Below are positions 7,080-15,114 of a stretch of 58,072 nucleotides of DNA, one piece after another (position 1 is the stretch's first letter; every line of letters begins with the position of its first letter). The stretch comes from a virus. Made by a program: the position numbers and the translations under genes. The stretch is taken from positions 1 to 58,072 of IMG/VR virus record IMGVR_UViG_3300048913_000259, one strand, 5' to 3'. The notes beneath the pieces are model-generated. The model ran no database searches. It saw only the letters and a program-made list of their open reading frames with translations, and was not told the DNA's origin.

Positions 7080-8294
7080 TTATGCGGCTTTGTCGGCCGT
7101 GTTGGCGGCGGCCAGGCCGGCCAGGGCCAGGTTGCCGGTTTGCTTCAGCTTGGCCAGCTGCTCGCGCATTTCCTGCTTGCGGGCGTCCAGCTGCTCGGGC
7201 GTCAGCTGCACGCCTTCGGGCACGGTCGGCGGGATGTACGGGCGCTCGAGCTTCTCGGGGATCGGCGTCATGGTGTAGTCGCGGGCCTGGTCGGTCGGCA
7301 TATCCACCTCGCCCAGCGCGACACGGATGCGCAGCACGAAAGCCTTCTGTCCTTCGCCCTGGCGCGGGGTCAGCGGCGGGTCCAGCATCAGGCCGGCGGC
7401 CTTCATGCTGTCCGGATCGGCCCACCAGTTCGGCGGCAGCTTCGGCGCCGGCGCGGTGTACGGGCGCACCTCATCGAGCCAGCGGCCAGCACGCAACCAG
7501 GTCGCCGGGTGCGGGATGAATTGGCCGTCATCCTTGCGCCAGTCGGCGCCGTCCTTCTGCTTCTCGATCGCGTTCAGGATCAAGGCCTGCAACACGGTGT
7601 CGTTGTCGATCTTCAGCTTGGTCCAGGCCTTGTGTGCGTCGGCCTTACCCTGGCGGCGCGGATAGGCGGCCCAAAACTGGTCGAACGGTTTCACCTTCTC
7701 GGGTTCAGGCTCGCCAGGATCGTCTTCACCGCCCTCGCCGGCAGCGCCAGCTGACGAAGGGGTTAAGGTTTTAGGTTTACTCTCCTTCTCCCTCTCCTTC
7801 TTCTTCTTAGGGTGTTTCGTGGCGTTACCTGGCGTTACATGCGTTTCACCGTTGCCACCTTGACCACCATCGCCACCAGCTGCGCCGGCATCGCCTAAGC
7901 CCTTGTTTTGTTGGGCTTCTTTCTCGGCCTTCTTCCTGGCGCGCATGCGCTGCACGCGCTCGGTGCTCGAGCCAGGTGCTTCATTTCGTTCACGCTTTCC
8001 TTGCCGATCTTCCCACTTCGTTACGTTGCCATCTTCGTCCAGCAGTTTCCGCCGTTTCATGGCGTTACATACCGTTTCAGGGTCCGGCAGCTGCAAGGTA
8101 TAGGCCATCAGCTCGAGGTCCAGGCCTTCCATGCTGCCGCGGGGTTCGTTCTTCGAGGCGTGCTCGAGCACGTAGGCCCAGGCGCCCACGATGCAGGCCA
8201 CAGGCAGCTTGCAATCCTCGGCCACCATGCGGAACTTCATATCTGCCGCGGTGCCGCCCCACCACTTGAACCACGGCATACGATCGCCAGCCAT
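7080..8294 (-). CDS. Putative replication initiation / replisome-organiser protein (404 aa)
   Basis: N-terminal MPWFKWWGGTAADMKFRMVAEDCKLP, a central K/E-rich linker, and C-terminal FDQFWAAYPRRQGKADAHKAWTKL...FIPHPATWLRAGRWLDE. This pattern is common in phage replication organisers. Confidence 0.45.
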   Translation of the reverse strand: MAGDRMPWFKWWGGTAADMKFRMVAEDCKLPVACIVGAWAYVLEHASKNEPRGSMEGLDLELMAYTLQLPDPETVCNAMKRRKLLDEDGNVTKWEDRQGKRERNEAPGSSTERVQRMRARKKAEKEAQQNKGLGDAGAAGGDGGQGGNGETHVTPGNATKHPKKKKEREKESKPKTLTPSSAGAAGEGGEDDPGEPEPEKVKPFDQFWAAYPRRQGKADAHKAWTKLKIDNDTVLQALILNAIEKQKDGADWRKDDGQFIPHPATWLRAGRWLDEVRPYTAPAPKLPPNWWADPDSMKAAGLMLDPPLTPRQGEGQKAFVLRIRVALGEVDMPTDQARDYTMTPIPEKLERPYIPPTVPEGVQLTPEQLDARKQEMREQLAKLKQTGNLALAGLAAANTADKAA

Positions 8295-8295
8295 A

Positions 8296-8643
8296 TCAAG
8301 CCTCGGCTGGGGTCATCAGCTTGCGGGCGCTGGTGCGCGGCTTGCGCACAACTTCGACCTTGGCCGGGCGCGGCTCCTGGCCGGTGATGTAGCGGTACAG
8401 CTGGCGGTCTTCCAGGAACGTCATGAGGCTTTCGGCCGTCAGCGGGTTATCGCTCGGCATCTGCGCGCGCTCGAGGCGACAGGCGTATTCAAACGTGATG
8501 GCCACTTCGCCGGTCTTGAACTTGGAAATGAGAGGCGGGAACAGGCGGTTGTCGACGCGGTGGAAGTAGGCGGCGCGGCCCTTGCCTTCCTCGAGCCAGG
8601 CCACGAAGTGCGCCGGCGGGATATGCGGTGGTGTCTTGGTCAT
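8296..8643 (-). CDS. Hypothetical protein, possibly DNA-binding (115 aa)
   Basis: Track ORF 8296..9132 trimmed to MTKTPPHIPPAHF, with an AAGGAA SD. It is preceded by an AT-rich 97-bp gap. Confidence 0.55.
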   Translation of the reverse strand: MTKTPPHIPPAHFVAWLEEGKGRAAYFHRVDNRLFPPLISKFKTGEVAITFEYACRLERAQMPSDNPLTAESLMTFLEDRQLYRYITGQEPRPAKVEVVRKPRTSARKLMTPAEA

Positions 8644-8740
8644 GCTCGATTCCTTGAGGCAGTTTGTGATTCCGGGTTGCATCTTGCTAGATCGTAACTT
8701 TAAAAGCAATACCTTTGATGCATAACAGTGCAGAAATTTT

Positions 8741-9229
8741 TTACAGTGCCACACTCGGGCAAGCTGGGACAGGTTTGCCCGCGGCCAGCAGCAACGAAAT
8801 ACGGACGGGAAGCCACAGCACGAAGCCGGCGTCCCACAGCGCGAACTTCTCGGCCCGGGTGTAACGCATGCCCTGGTCCAGCTCGTTATGGCAGGCCCGG
8901 CAGGCCGGCAACGTGTAGTAGTCGTAGGCCTTGATGCCCTTCCCCTTGCCGTGCGCGGCCTGGTTGCTGTGCGCGGGGTCGTGCGCCTGGCCGGTGCAGA
9001 TTCCAGGAATGCGGAGATAGCACAGCTGGCCCTTGCAGAGCTTGGCCTCGCCGGTCGCCGGCCGCGGGTTGCTGTTGGTCTTGCTGCGCGATCGGATCGG
9101 CGCGGCCTGGCGGGCCAGCTGAAGCAAGCCACCAGGTTCGGGCAGCTTGCGCTTGAAGCTGGTCCTGGCCAGGTCCTTCGTGCCCGGCTTCAGGCCGGTC
9201 TTGCGTTGTAACGGTGCGTTGCGTTTCAC
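8741..9229 (-). CDS. DUF1364 (YbcO)-like Cys/His protein, putative nuclease (162 aa)
   Basis: CKGQLCYLRIPGICTGQAHDPAHSNQAAHGKGKGIKAYDYYTLPACRACHNELD. The GTG start overlaps the upstream stop as GTGA. Confidence 0.5.
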   Translation of the reverse strand: MKRNAPLQRKTGLKPGTKDLARTSFKRKLPEPGGLLQLARQAAPIRSRSKTNSNPRPATGEAKLCKGQLCYLRIPGICTGQAHDPAHSNQAAHGKGKGIKAYDYYTLPACRACHNELDQGMRYTRAEKFALWDAGFVLWLPVRISLLLAAGKPVPACPSVAL

Positions 9230-9471
9230 GTCGGGGTTTCCTCCGGGGTCGGGTGCTCGGCCATCAGGCGCTTGATCCAGCGCCGGCGGGTGTCCAGGCT
9301 TCGGTCCTCATACCAGTTGCGCACGCGGCTGTAGAGTGGGCCGCAGGCGCGGTCATCCCAGCGCACGCGGCCCTTCCACTCGCATACGGCGCTGCCGTCG
9401 CCCTCGGTCGCCTCCTGGGCCGGGAACGATGTGCAGGTAGCGCACACGTCAGGTTCACGCGGGCCGGCCAT
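9226..9471 (-). CDS. Hypothetical Cys-containing protein (81 aa)
   Basis: Track ORF 9226..9519 trimmed to MAGPREPDVCATC. Confidence 0.5.
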   Translation of the reverse strand: MAGPREPDVCATCTSFPAQEATEGDGSAVCEWKGRVRWDDRACGPLYSRVRNWYEDRSLDTRRRWIKRLMAEHPTPEETPT

Positions 9472-9676
9472 CGCTTCCTTCCGCCAGGCCTCGCTGGTAG
9501 GCCAGCCACAGCGCAGCATCGCGATCGGCCGGCAGGTTCACCAGTGCCCAAGCGTCGAACTTGGCGCGCTGCACGGCGACGTCACAGCGGCCACAGTCCA
9601 GGCTCAAGCCGTCCCAGCTTTTCTCTGTGCTGCCGGTGTCGTGGCAATGGGGGCACTTCGGCGCCGGCGTGCTCAT
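9455..9676 (-). CDS. Small zinc-ribbon-like protein (73 aa)
   Basis: MSTPAPKCPHCHDTG...LDCGRCD. ATGA overlap with the upstream gene. Confidence 0.55.
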   Translation of the reverse strand: MSTPAPKCPHCHDTGSTEKSWDGLSLDCGRCDVAVQRAKFDAWALVNLPADRDAALWLAYQRGLAEGSDGRPA

Positions 9677-9921
9677 TGCTGCGCCGCCTCGGCCTCGGCC
9701 TTCGTCATGCACTCGTACAGCTTTTTCACCTTGCTGTAGCCCGGGTCGACCTTCCCATCACGGATGTTGTACAGCGTGCGCTCCGACACGCCGACCGCGG
9801 CCTGGTAGCGCGCCCAGCTGGTCGGCGGCGTCTTGGCCAGGTGGTCGCGCACGTAGTCGAGTAGGTCGACCGTTACCGGCGGCGTTACATGCGTTACATC
9901 GTTGGCGGTTGCAGTTGCCAT
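9673..9921 (-). CDS. HTH DNA-binding protein, first gene of the leftward early operon (82 aa)
   Basis: Track ORF 9673..10017 trimmed to MATATANDVTHVT, with an AGGGAGG SD. The HTH-like segment is SWARYQAAVGVSERTLYNIRDGK. Confidence 0.6.
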   Translation of the reverse strand: MATATANDVTHVTPPVTVDLLDYVRDHLAKTPPTSWARYQAAVGVSERTLYNIRDGKVDPGYSKVKKLYECMTKAEAEAAQQ

Positions 9922-10006
9922 AGTTAAACCTCCCTTAGTTGTGGATTGAGCCGCGATGGTATCACAGCCGTTGCAAGATCGTGCGGAAAAATAGCGCAGA
10001 AAGTTA

Positions 10007-10036
10007 TTGCAGAACAATCACAGATTCGGATAGCAT
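10007..10036 (+). promoter_or_regulatory. Candidate rightward promoter: TTGCAG, 18-nt spacer, TAGCAT, in the divergent control region
   Basis: TTGCAG at 10007..10012 lies within TTATTGCAG. TAGCAT is at 10031..10036, 31 nt upstream of the erf start. Confidence 0.35.
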
Positions 10037-10067
10037 TACGGCTCAACTCAACGGAAAGGAAGCAACC

Positions 10068-10964
10068 ATGTCGACAGACACGAAGCAGCAAGAGCTGGTG
10101 ATGCAGCCGGCGCCAGCTGCGGCGCCGATCGTGGCCGCGGCCCACCAGGAAAGCGCCGGTATGCAGCTGCTGCAAAAGGCGATCGAGCGCGGCGCCGGCG
10201 TCGATGAGCTGGACAAGCTCATTACCCTGGCCGACCGGCTGCGCGCGATCGCTGCACAACAGGCCTTTACCGCGGCAATGGTCGAGTTCAAGAAAAACCC
10301 GCCGACGATCGAGAAGACCAGGGGCGCGTCGGTGAGCTCGAAGCGCGAAGGTGCCAAGGATGCGAACTACAGCTACAAGTACGCGAACCTGGCCGACGTC
10401 TGCAATGCGATCGTGCGCCAGCTGGCCGCCCTCGGCATCACGCACAAGCACACCTTCAACCAGGACGGCAGCGGCGTCACCATCAAGTGCACGCTGACGC
10501 ACCTGATGGGGCACAGCGAAAGCGCGCAGCTGACGGCCCACGGCGATACCAGCGGCGGCAAGAACGGCCTGCAAGGGATCGGCTCGACCATCACGTTCCT
10601 CGAGCGTTACACGCTGCTGGGCGTGTGCGGCCTGGCGCTGGATGACGAATACGACGACGACGGCGCCAGCGGGATCACGGAGGCCGAGCGCGGCGAGCTG
10701 CAAAAGGAAGCGGCAGCGATGCGTCAGCGCGGCCAGCGCCAGAGCCCAGCACAGACCGCAGGCCGCGATCGCAAGGCGCCGCCGCCCGAGGACCTGCTCG
10801 AGCAAGCGCGCAAGGCGGCCGACCACGGCCATACGCATTTCGGCAAATACTGGCGCGAGCTGACGGAGGCCCAGCGCGGTCAGCTGATGCCGGAAATGAA
10901 TAACCTGACGGAGCGCGCCAGCGCCGCGTCGGCCCAGCTGGCCGCGGAATCGGGCAGCAAATAA
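10068..10964 (+). CDS. erf: ERF-family single-strand annealing protein
   Basis: Track ORF trimmed to MSTDTKQQELV, with an AAAGGAAG SD. The ERF-like core is YSYKYANLADVCNAIVRQLAALGITHKHTF...GIGSTITFLERYTLLGVCGL. Confidence 0.75.
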   Translation: MSTDTKQQELVMQPAPAAAPIVAAAHQESAGMQLLQKAIERGAGVDELDKLITLADRLRAIAAQQAFTAAMVEFKKNPPTIEKTRGASVSSKREGAKDANYSYKYANLADVCNAIVRQLAALGITHKHTFNQDGSGVTIKCTLTHLMGHSESAQLTAHGDTSGGKNGLQGIGSTITFLERYTLLGVCGLALDDEYDDDGASGITEAERGELQKEAAAMRQRGQRQSPAQTAGRDRKAPPPEDLLEQARKAADHGHTHFGKYWRELTEAQRGQLMPEMNNLTERASAASAQLAAESGSK

Positions 10965-11584
10965 TGGCCGTCCGCTTCATCGACTGTGTGCAGGGTTCGC
11001 CCGAATGGTTCAAGGCCAGGGCGGGCCATGCGACGGCCAGCCGGTTCGCCGCGATCATGGGCACCAAGGAAGCGCGGAACCGCTATATGTGGGAGCTGGT
11101 GGCCGAGCGCCTGACAGGCGTGACCAGGCGCGACAGCGGCGGCCAGGCGAAGGAATGGGGCCACGACGCCGAGAAGATCGCGCGCGAGCTCTACATGGAG
11201 CGCACCGGCAACATCGTGCGCCAGGTCGGTTTCGCGCAGATGCTGCGGCCCAAGTGGGTCGGCTGCTCGAGCGACGGCCTGGTGATGGGCCAGCCTATCG
11301 GCATTGAGATCAAATCGCCGTTTGACTCGAGCGTGCACGCCGAAACGCTGGGCCTGGGCATGCCCGACCTGCACCACTGGCAGACACAGGGCAACCTGTG
11401 GGTGCTCGAGCTCGAGGAACTGCACTTCTGTTCGTTCGATCCGAGCTTCCCGGTACCGCATGACCTGTACATCCAGCAAATCAAACGCCGCGAGAGTGAC
11501 ATCAAAGAATTGCAGCACCAGGTAAAGCTGTTCCTGGCTGAAGTGAATACAGCGCAGCAAGACATCCAATGCACCAACAACTAA
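10964..11584 (+). CDS. YqaJ-like (lambda-Exo family) recombination exonuclease
   Basis: QGSPEWFKARAGHATASRF, SSDGLV, and EIKSP (PD-(D/E)XK). TAATG overlap with erf. Confidence 0.75.
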   Translation: MAVRFIDCVQGSPEWFKARAGHATASRFAAIMGTKEARNRYMWELVAERLTGVTRRDSGGQAKEWGHDAEKIARELYMERTGNIVRQVGFAQMLRPKWVGCSSDGLVMGQPIGIEIKSPFDSSVHAETLGLGMPDLHHWQTQGNLWVLELEELHFCSFDPSFPVPHDLYIQQIKRRESDIKELQHQVKLFLAEVNTAQQDIQCTNN

Positions 11585-11600
11585 AACGAGGACCGAAAGT

Positions 11601-12986
11601 ATGAGCACCGATACCACAGCAGCAGCACAGACCGCCGACCAGCTGGACGACGGCAAGACCATCGACGTCGAGGCGCGCGAAGTCAAGGCGCCCGACAATG
11701 CCCTGGTGATCCTGAACCCGGGCCAGTTTGCTACCGAACTGTTCCAGCCCTTCCAGGATCAGCTGACGGCCGCGAAGCGCAAGGCCGGCCGTGAAAAGTA
11801 CGACATCACGACGAAGGAAGGCCTGGCGAAAGCCAAGGAACTGAAGGCCACTTTCGTCACTATCCGCACCAGCGCCGACAAGGCCAAGACGGCCGCGAAG
11901 CGCCCAATTGACGAATCGGGTAAAAAAATCCTCGAGCACTACAAGAAAATCGAGGATGCCGCGAAGGCCGAGGAAGCCAAGCACGCCGAGGCGATCGCCG
12001 CCGAGGAAAAGCGCCAGGCCGATGAGCGCCAGCGCAAGCTGGACGAAGAACGCGAGCGTGTCGAACGCCTCGAGGCCAAGGTTGACGCGCTGCGCCAGCT
12101 GCCGCAAACCTGCGCCGGCCTGAACTCCGACCAGCTGCGCGATGCGATCGACCAGTGGACCAATCACACGATCGCGAAGGCCGACTACGAAGACTACTTC
12201 GAGGATGCCGTGATCGCCCTCGAGGAAGCCATTGTCGAGCTGCGCAAGATGCTGGATAACGCGCTGAAGGCCGAAGCCGCTGCGCGCCAGGCCGAGGCCG
12301 ACCGCCAGGAGCTCGAGCGCCTGCGCGCCGAACAGGCCCAGCGCGAAGCAGAGGAAGCGGAGCGTAAGCGCGTGGCCGATGAAGCCGCGGCCGAACAGCA
12401 GCGCCAGCTGGTGGCCCAGCAGGAGGCGCTGGCCAGGTCGCAGCAGATCATGGCCGGGCTCATGGACATCCAGCAGCGCGGCATGCTCGAGGGCGATGCG
12501 CTGACGCTCCATAAGGCGATCGTGGAATTGCAGCAGCTGGACGTCGGCGCCCGTAACTTCGACAACATGGCCAGCATGGCCGCCGGCGCGCGCGATATGT
12601 CGATCAATGCGCTGACGCAGCGTTACCAGGCCCGCCTGGCGCTCGAGCTCGAGGCCGCGCACGCCGAGGCGCTGGACGTCGACGCCGAGCGCGAAGCGAT
12701 CGCCGGCCAGGCAGCGCGCACGGCCGCCGCGATCGCGGCCGAGCCGCCGGCGGAATACGTTGCGCCGGACGTCGACCAGGAGCTGGCGCCGGCGCCGCGC
12801 CGCGCCTTTGCCGGGTTCGGCTATGGCCTGGCCGCGCGCGTGCCGGCCGACGTGCCGGCGCCGCCGGTGGCCGAGCCGGTCGAGTATGTGCGCCCAAGCG
12901 ATGACGAAATGGTGAAGGTGCTGGCCGCGCACTACGATGAAGATGAAACGATCGTCCGCACCTGGATGCGCGACTTCAAGGGATAA
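11601..12986 (+). CDS. Long coiled-coil protein of the recombination module (461 aa, DUF1351-like?)
   Basis: E/K/A/R-rich heptad-like sequence, GAGGA SD. The family assignment is only a guess based on gene context. Confidence 0.6.
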   Translation: MSTDTTAAAQTADQLDDGKTIDVEAREVKAPDNALVILNPGQFATELFQPFQDQLTAAKRKAGREKYDITTKEGLAKAKELKATFVTIRTSADKAKTAAKRPIDESGKKILEHYKKIEDAAKAEEAKHAEAIAAEEKRQADERQRKLDEERERVERLEAKVDALRQLPQTCAGLNSDQLRDAIDQWTNHTIAKADYEDYFEDAVIALEEAIVELRKMLDNALKAEAAARQAEADRQELERLRAEQAQREAEEAERKRVADEAAAEQQRQLVAQQEALARSQQIMAGLMDIQQRGMLEGDALTLHKAIVELQQLDVGARNFDNMASMAAGARDMSINALTQRYQARLALELEAAHAEALDVDAEREAIAGQAARTAAAIAAEPPAEYVAPDVDQELAPAPRRAFAGFGYGLAARVPADVPAPPVAEPVEYVRPSDDEMVKVLAAHYDEDETIVRTWMRDFKG

Positions 12987-13037
12987 CAACCTGGTGGCCG
13001 GCCGCGGCGCGGCTGGCCTGCATGATGGAGTGGATGG

Positions 13038-13133
13038 ATGAACGGAACAATCGGGCGCCTGGTAGGGCGCGCGCTGGTGGGAATGATCGTGCTGCTGTAC
13101 CTGTTGGCCAAGTGCAGCGAAGGGGGCACCTGA
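13038..13133 (+). CDS. Small hydrophobic peptide (31 aa), below the ORF-track cutoff
   Basis: My own translation: MNGTIGRLVGRALVGMIVLLYLLAKCSEGGT. GGAG lies 7 nt upstream. TGATG overlap with the next gene. GC3 is high. Confidence 0.4.
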   Translation: MNGTIGRLVGRALVGMIVLLYLLAKCSEGGT

Positions 13134-13585
13134 TGCCGCGGCCGAATCGAAGGATGGAAATTCTGAAGCTGCTGCCCGAGGCCGAGGCCGTGACCTGGAC
13201 GAAGGCGAAGCTGGGCAAGCGCGGCACGATCGCGAACCTGATGAAGCTGACGGGAATTCAAACCGGCAGCGCGGTATGCCGATCGCTGAACCAGCTGTAT
13301 GACGAAGGCCTGGCGCACATCGGCCGCTGGAACAGGACCACGAAGGCGCCGGCGGCCGTGTGGGTGCAGGGCAAGGGCGTGCACGCGCCAACACCTGAAC
13401 CCGAGTGCTCGAAGGTCAAGAACCGGCGCTATCGCGCGAACATCGCCAGGGCGATCGCGAACGGCCGGGCCGGGAAACCCTACGACAAGCGGTACAACAA
13501 GCACGTCGCGGTGGCGATCGCGGCCGACACGGTGGCGCGCACGTCGGTGGCGCCCGTCACCTGGCTTTCTGCGCTGGTGGCCTGA
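13133..13585 (+). CDS. Putative winged-helix DNA-binding protein (150 aa)
   Basis: Track ORF 13022..13585 trimmed to MPRPNRRMEILKLL, with an AAGGGGG SD. The wHTH-like segment is TIANLMKLTGIQTGSAVCRSLNQLYDEGL. Confidence 0.5.
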   Translation: MPRPNRRMEILKLLPEAEAVTWTKAKLGKRGTIANLMKLTGIQTGSAVCRSLNQLYDEGLAHIGRWNRTTKAPAAVWVQGKGVHAPTPEPECSKVKNRRYRANIARAIANGRAGKPYDKRYNKHVAVAIAADTVARTSVAPVTWLSALVA

Positions 13586-13866
13586 TGGCGGTGCTGGACC
13601 CGACCAGGATGCGCTTCAGTCAGCACGCGCGGCCGATCGTGGACGATCCGGACGAGCGCGGCCTGAACTGCCGCGGGTGCCTGTTCCACAAACAAAAGGC
13701 GGCCGTGTGCAGGGCGGCCGATGAAGTAGCGAAGCGGCTGGGGCTGCGCGATTGCGATGCGGTCGACGCCTTCGGCGAAGTGGTGATTTACGTGCCGTAC
13801 CGGGAGGTACAGCGCGACATTTTTGGAGAGCAAGAGCATGCCTTGGAAAGCACTGAACCCGTTTGA
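13585..13866 (+). CDS. Hypothetical protein (93 aa)
   Basis: Track ORF trimmed to MAVLDPTRMRF. TGATG overlap with the upstream gene. Confidence 0.55.
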   Translation: MAVLDPTRMRFSQHARPIVDDPDERGLNCRGCLFHKQKAAVCRAADEVAKRLGLRDCDAVDAFGEVVIYVPYREVQRDIFGEQEHALESTEPV

Positions 13867-14113
13867 ATCCCTCGAGCCGGCGGACACGCCTGACGAAATG
13901 CGCGTAGCGATCGAGCGCGCGCAGCTGCATCATCCACTGGTGCGCCAGGTCCTGACGACGGCGCGCCTGCGCGGCCTGAAGGGTGAGGACGTCTATGCGC
14001 TGCTGGCCTACCATGCGCTTCAGGCCCTGACGACTACCCAGCAGCAGCTGGTGGAGCACCTGGCCACGGCGCCGCTGTCGATCCTGGTGCCGGCCGATCG
14101 GGTGCAAGGATGA
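13838..14113 (+). CDS. Hypothetical protein (91 aa)
   Basis: MPWKALNPFE, with GGAGAG 7 nt upstream. Confidence 0.5.
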   Translation: MPWKALNPFESLEPADTPDEMRVAIERAQLHHPLVRQVLTTARLRGLKGEDVYALLAYHALQALTTTQQQLVEHLATAPLSILVPADRVQG

Positions 14114-14490
14114 CGGCGCAGCTGGGGCTGTTCGATGCGCCGGCGCCGGCGGCGCCGCGGGGTGGCGGCATGCCGGCCGGCGTGCGCGCGCGCTTCGAGC
14201 TCGCTTTCTCGGAGCCGGTGAAGCTCGAGCTGGTGGCCAGGCTGGCCGAACGGCCGGGCCAGTGGCTGCGGTGGGCTGACTTCGATGACATCCGGGAGCG
14301 CCATCAAATCGGGTTCTGCCTGGGACACGTCCTGTCCAGCCTGGTGCGCGATCGCCGCGCGCTCGAGCAGGTCATTTACTACGGCGCGAAGGATACGCAA
14401 GTACCAGGCGCCTACCAGGGCTTCGGCCACATTTGGAGCACGGTCGAACACGGCCCGTCGCTGCCCTGGACAAGGAAGCCGCGCCCATGA
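14110..14490 (+). CDS. Hypothetical protein (126 aa)
   Basis: ATGA overlap with the upstream gene; coding-like composition in the C-terminal two thirds. Confidence 0.5.
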   Translation: MTAQLGLFDAPAPAAPRGGGMPAGVRARFELAFSEPVKLELVARLAERPGQWLRWADFDDIRERHQIGFCLGHVLSSLVRDRRALEQVIYYGAKDTQVPGAYQGFGHIWSTVEHGPSLPWTRKPRP

Positions 14491-14681
14491 GTGGAAAGAC
14501 CTGCACGCGCCTGGCGGCCGATCTGTTCCGCCAGCGCACGAACGAAATGACGCCGATTAGCTTGCGCCGGAAGACCTGCGCATGCGGCCGGGTGGTGACG
14601 GCGAAGCAGCTGGTGCAGTACGGCCAGTGTGATCCGTGCGTGCGCGCCGCGGCGGCCGTCGACCAGGATGCCGCGGCATGA
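14487..14681 (+). CDS. Small Cys-containing protein (64 aa)
   Basis: MSGKTCTRL...CACGRVV...CDPC. AAGGAAG SD. ATGA overlap with the upstream gene. Confidence 0.5.
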   Translation: MSGKTCTRLAADLFRQRTNEMTPISLRRKTCACGRVVTAKQLVQYGQCDPCVRAAAAVDQDAAA

Positions 14682-14995
14682 TCCGCACGCTGCCACAGAA
14701 CCGGCTCTTTCATGCCCTGGTGCGCGACGTCGCCCTGGCCCGGCCGCTGTTCCCCTGGCGGCGGCCGTTCGCCCTCGAGGCCTGGAAACGCTACTTCCTG
14801 GGCAAGTACATGCGAGAGGCGCGCCTCGAGGCCTTCATTACCGGCGGGCTCGATCCGTTCCCCGATCGTGTCGCGCGCTCGAGTGGCCTGGACAGCCGGC
14901 AAATGGATGAGCTGATTGAGTGCACCTATGCCATCTGCGCGCAGCAGCTGGGCCTGGTGCTGGACAGGGATGAGCTGCTAAACTCTGAGCCCTAA
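14678..14995 (+). CDS. ninB: NinB/Orf-like recombination mediator (105 aa)
   Basis: MIRTLPQNRLFHALVRDVA...EAWKRYFL resembles the NinB N-terminus. It is the last gene of the recombination module. Confidence 0.5.
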   Translation: MIRTLPQNRLFHALVRDVALARPLFPWRRPFALEAWKRYFLGKYMREARLEAFITGGLDPFPDRVARSSGLDSRQMDELIECTYAICAQQLGLVLDRDELLNSEP

Positions 14996-15044
14996 GTCGT
15001 CGCGTCCTGGTTTGCGGCGTCTGCGAAATAACCAGGAAGACAAA

Positions 15045-15071
15045 GGCCCGCACATGCGGGCCTTTTCTTTT
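15045..15071. terminator. Bidirectional rho-independent terminator at the convergent junction
   Basis: GGCCCGC-acat-GCGGGCC, flanked by AAA upstream and TTTTCTTTTG downstream. It lies between the end of the plus module (14995) and the end of the giant gene (15115). Confidence 0.75.
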
Positions 15072-15078
15072 GTTCGGG

Positions 15079-15109
15079 CCGCCGGCGTGCGATGGAAACA
15101 CGCCGGCGG
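15079..15109. terminator. Second GC hairpin (11-bp stem) at the convergent junction
   Basis: CCGCCGGCGTG-N9-CACGCCGGCGG, immediately after the giant-gene stop. Confidence 0.45.
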
Positions 15110-15114
15110 GGTTC

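Noticed and set aside
3879-7425. Long N-terminal extensions of track ORFs (3879..4754, 4487..5293, 6511..7425; also 1661..2242, 8296..9132, 56672..57772, 57148..58035)
   Set aside because: The extensions are Arg/Pro/Gly-rich and overlap the preceding gene in another frame. Internal ATGs with an SD site or an ATGA/GTGA overlap give clean, tightly packed genes.
8644-8740. AT-rich gap upstream of the gene at 8643 as a defined promoter
   Set aside because: Several weak -35/-10 combinations are possible (for example TTGCTT, 17 nt, CAGAT-like) and none is convincing. It is probably regulatory, but I cannot place the elements.
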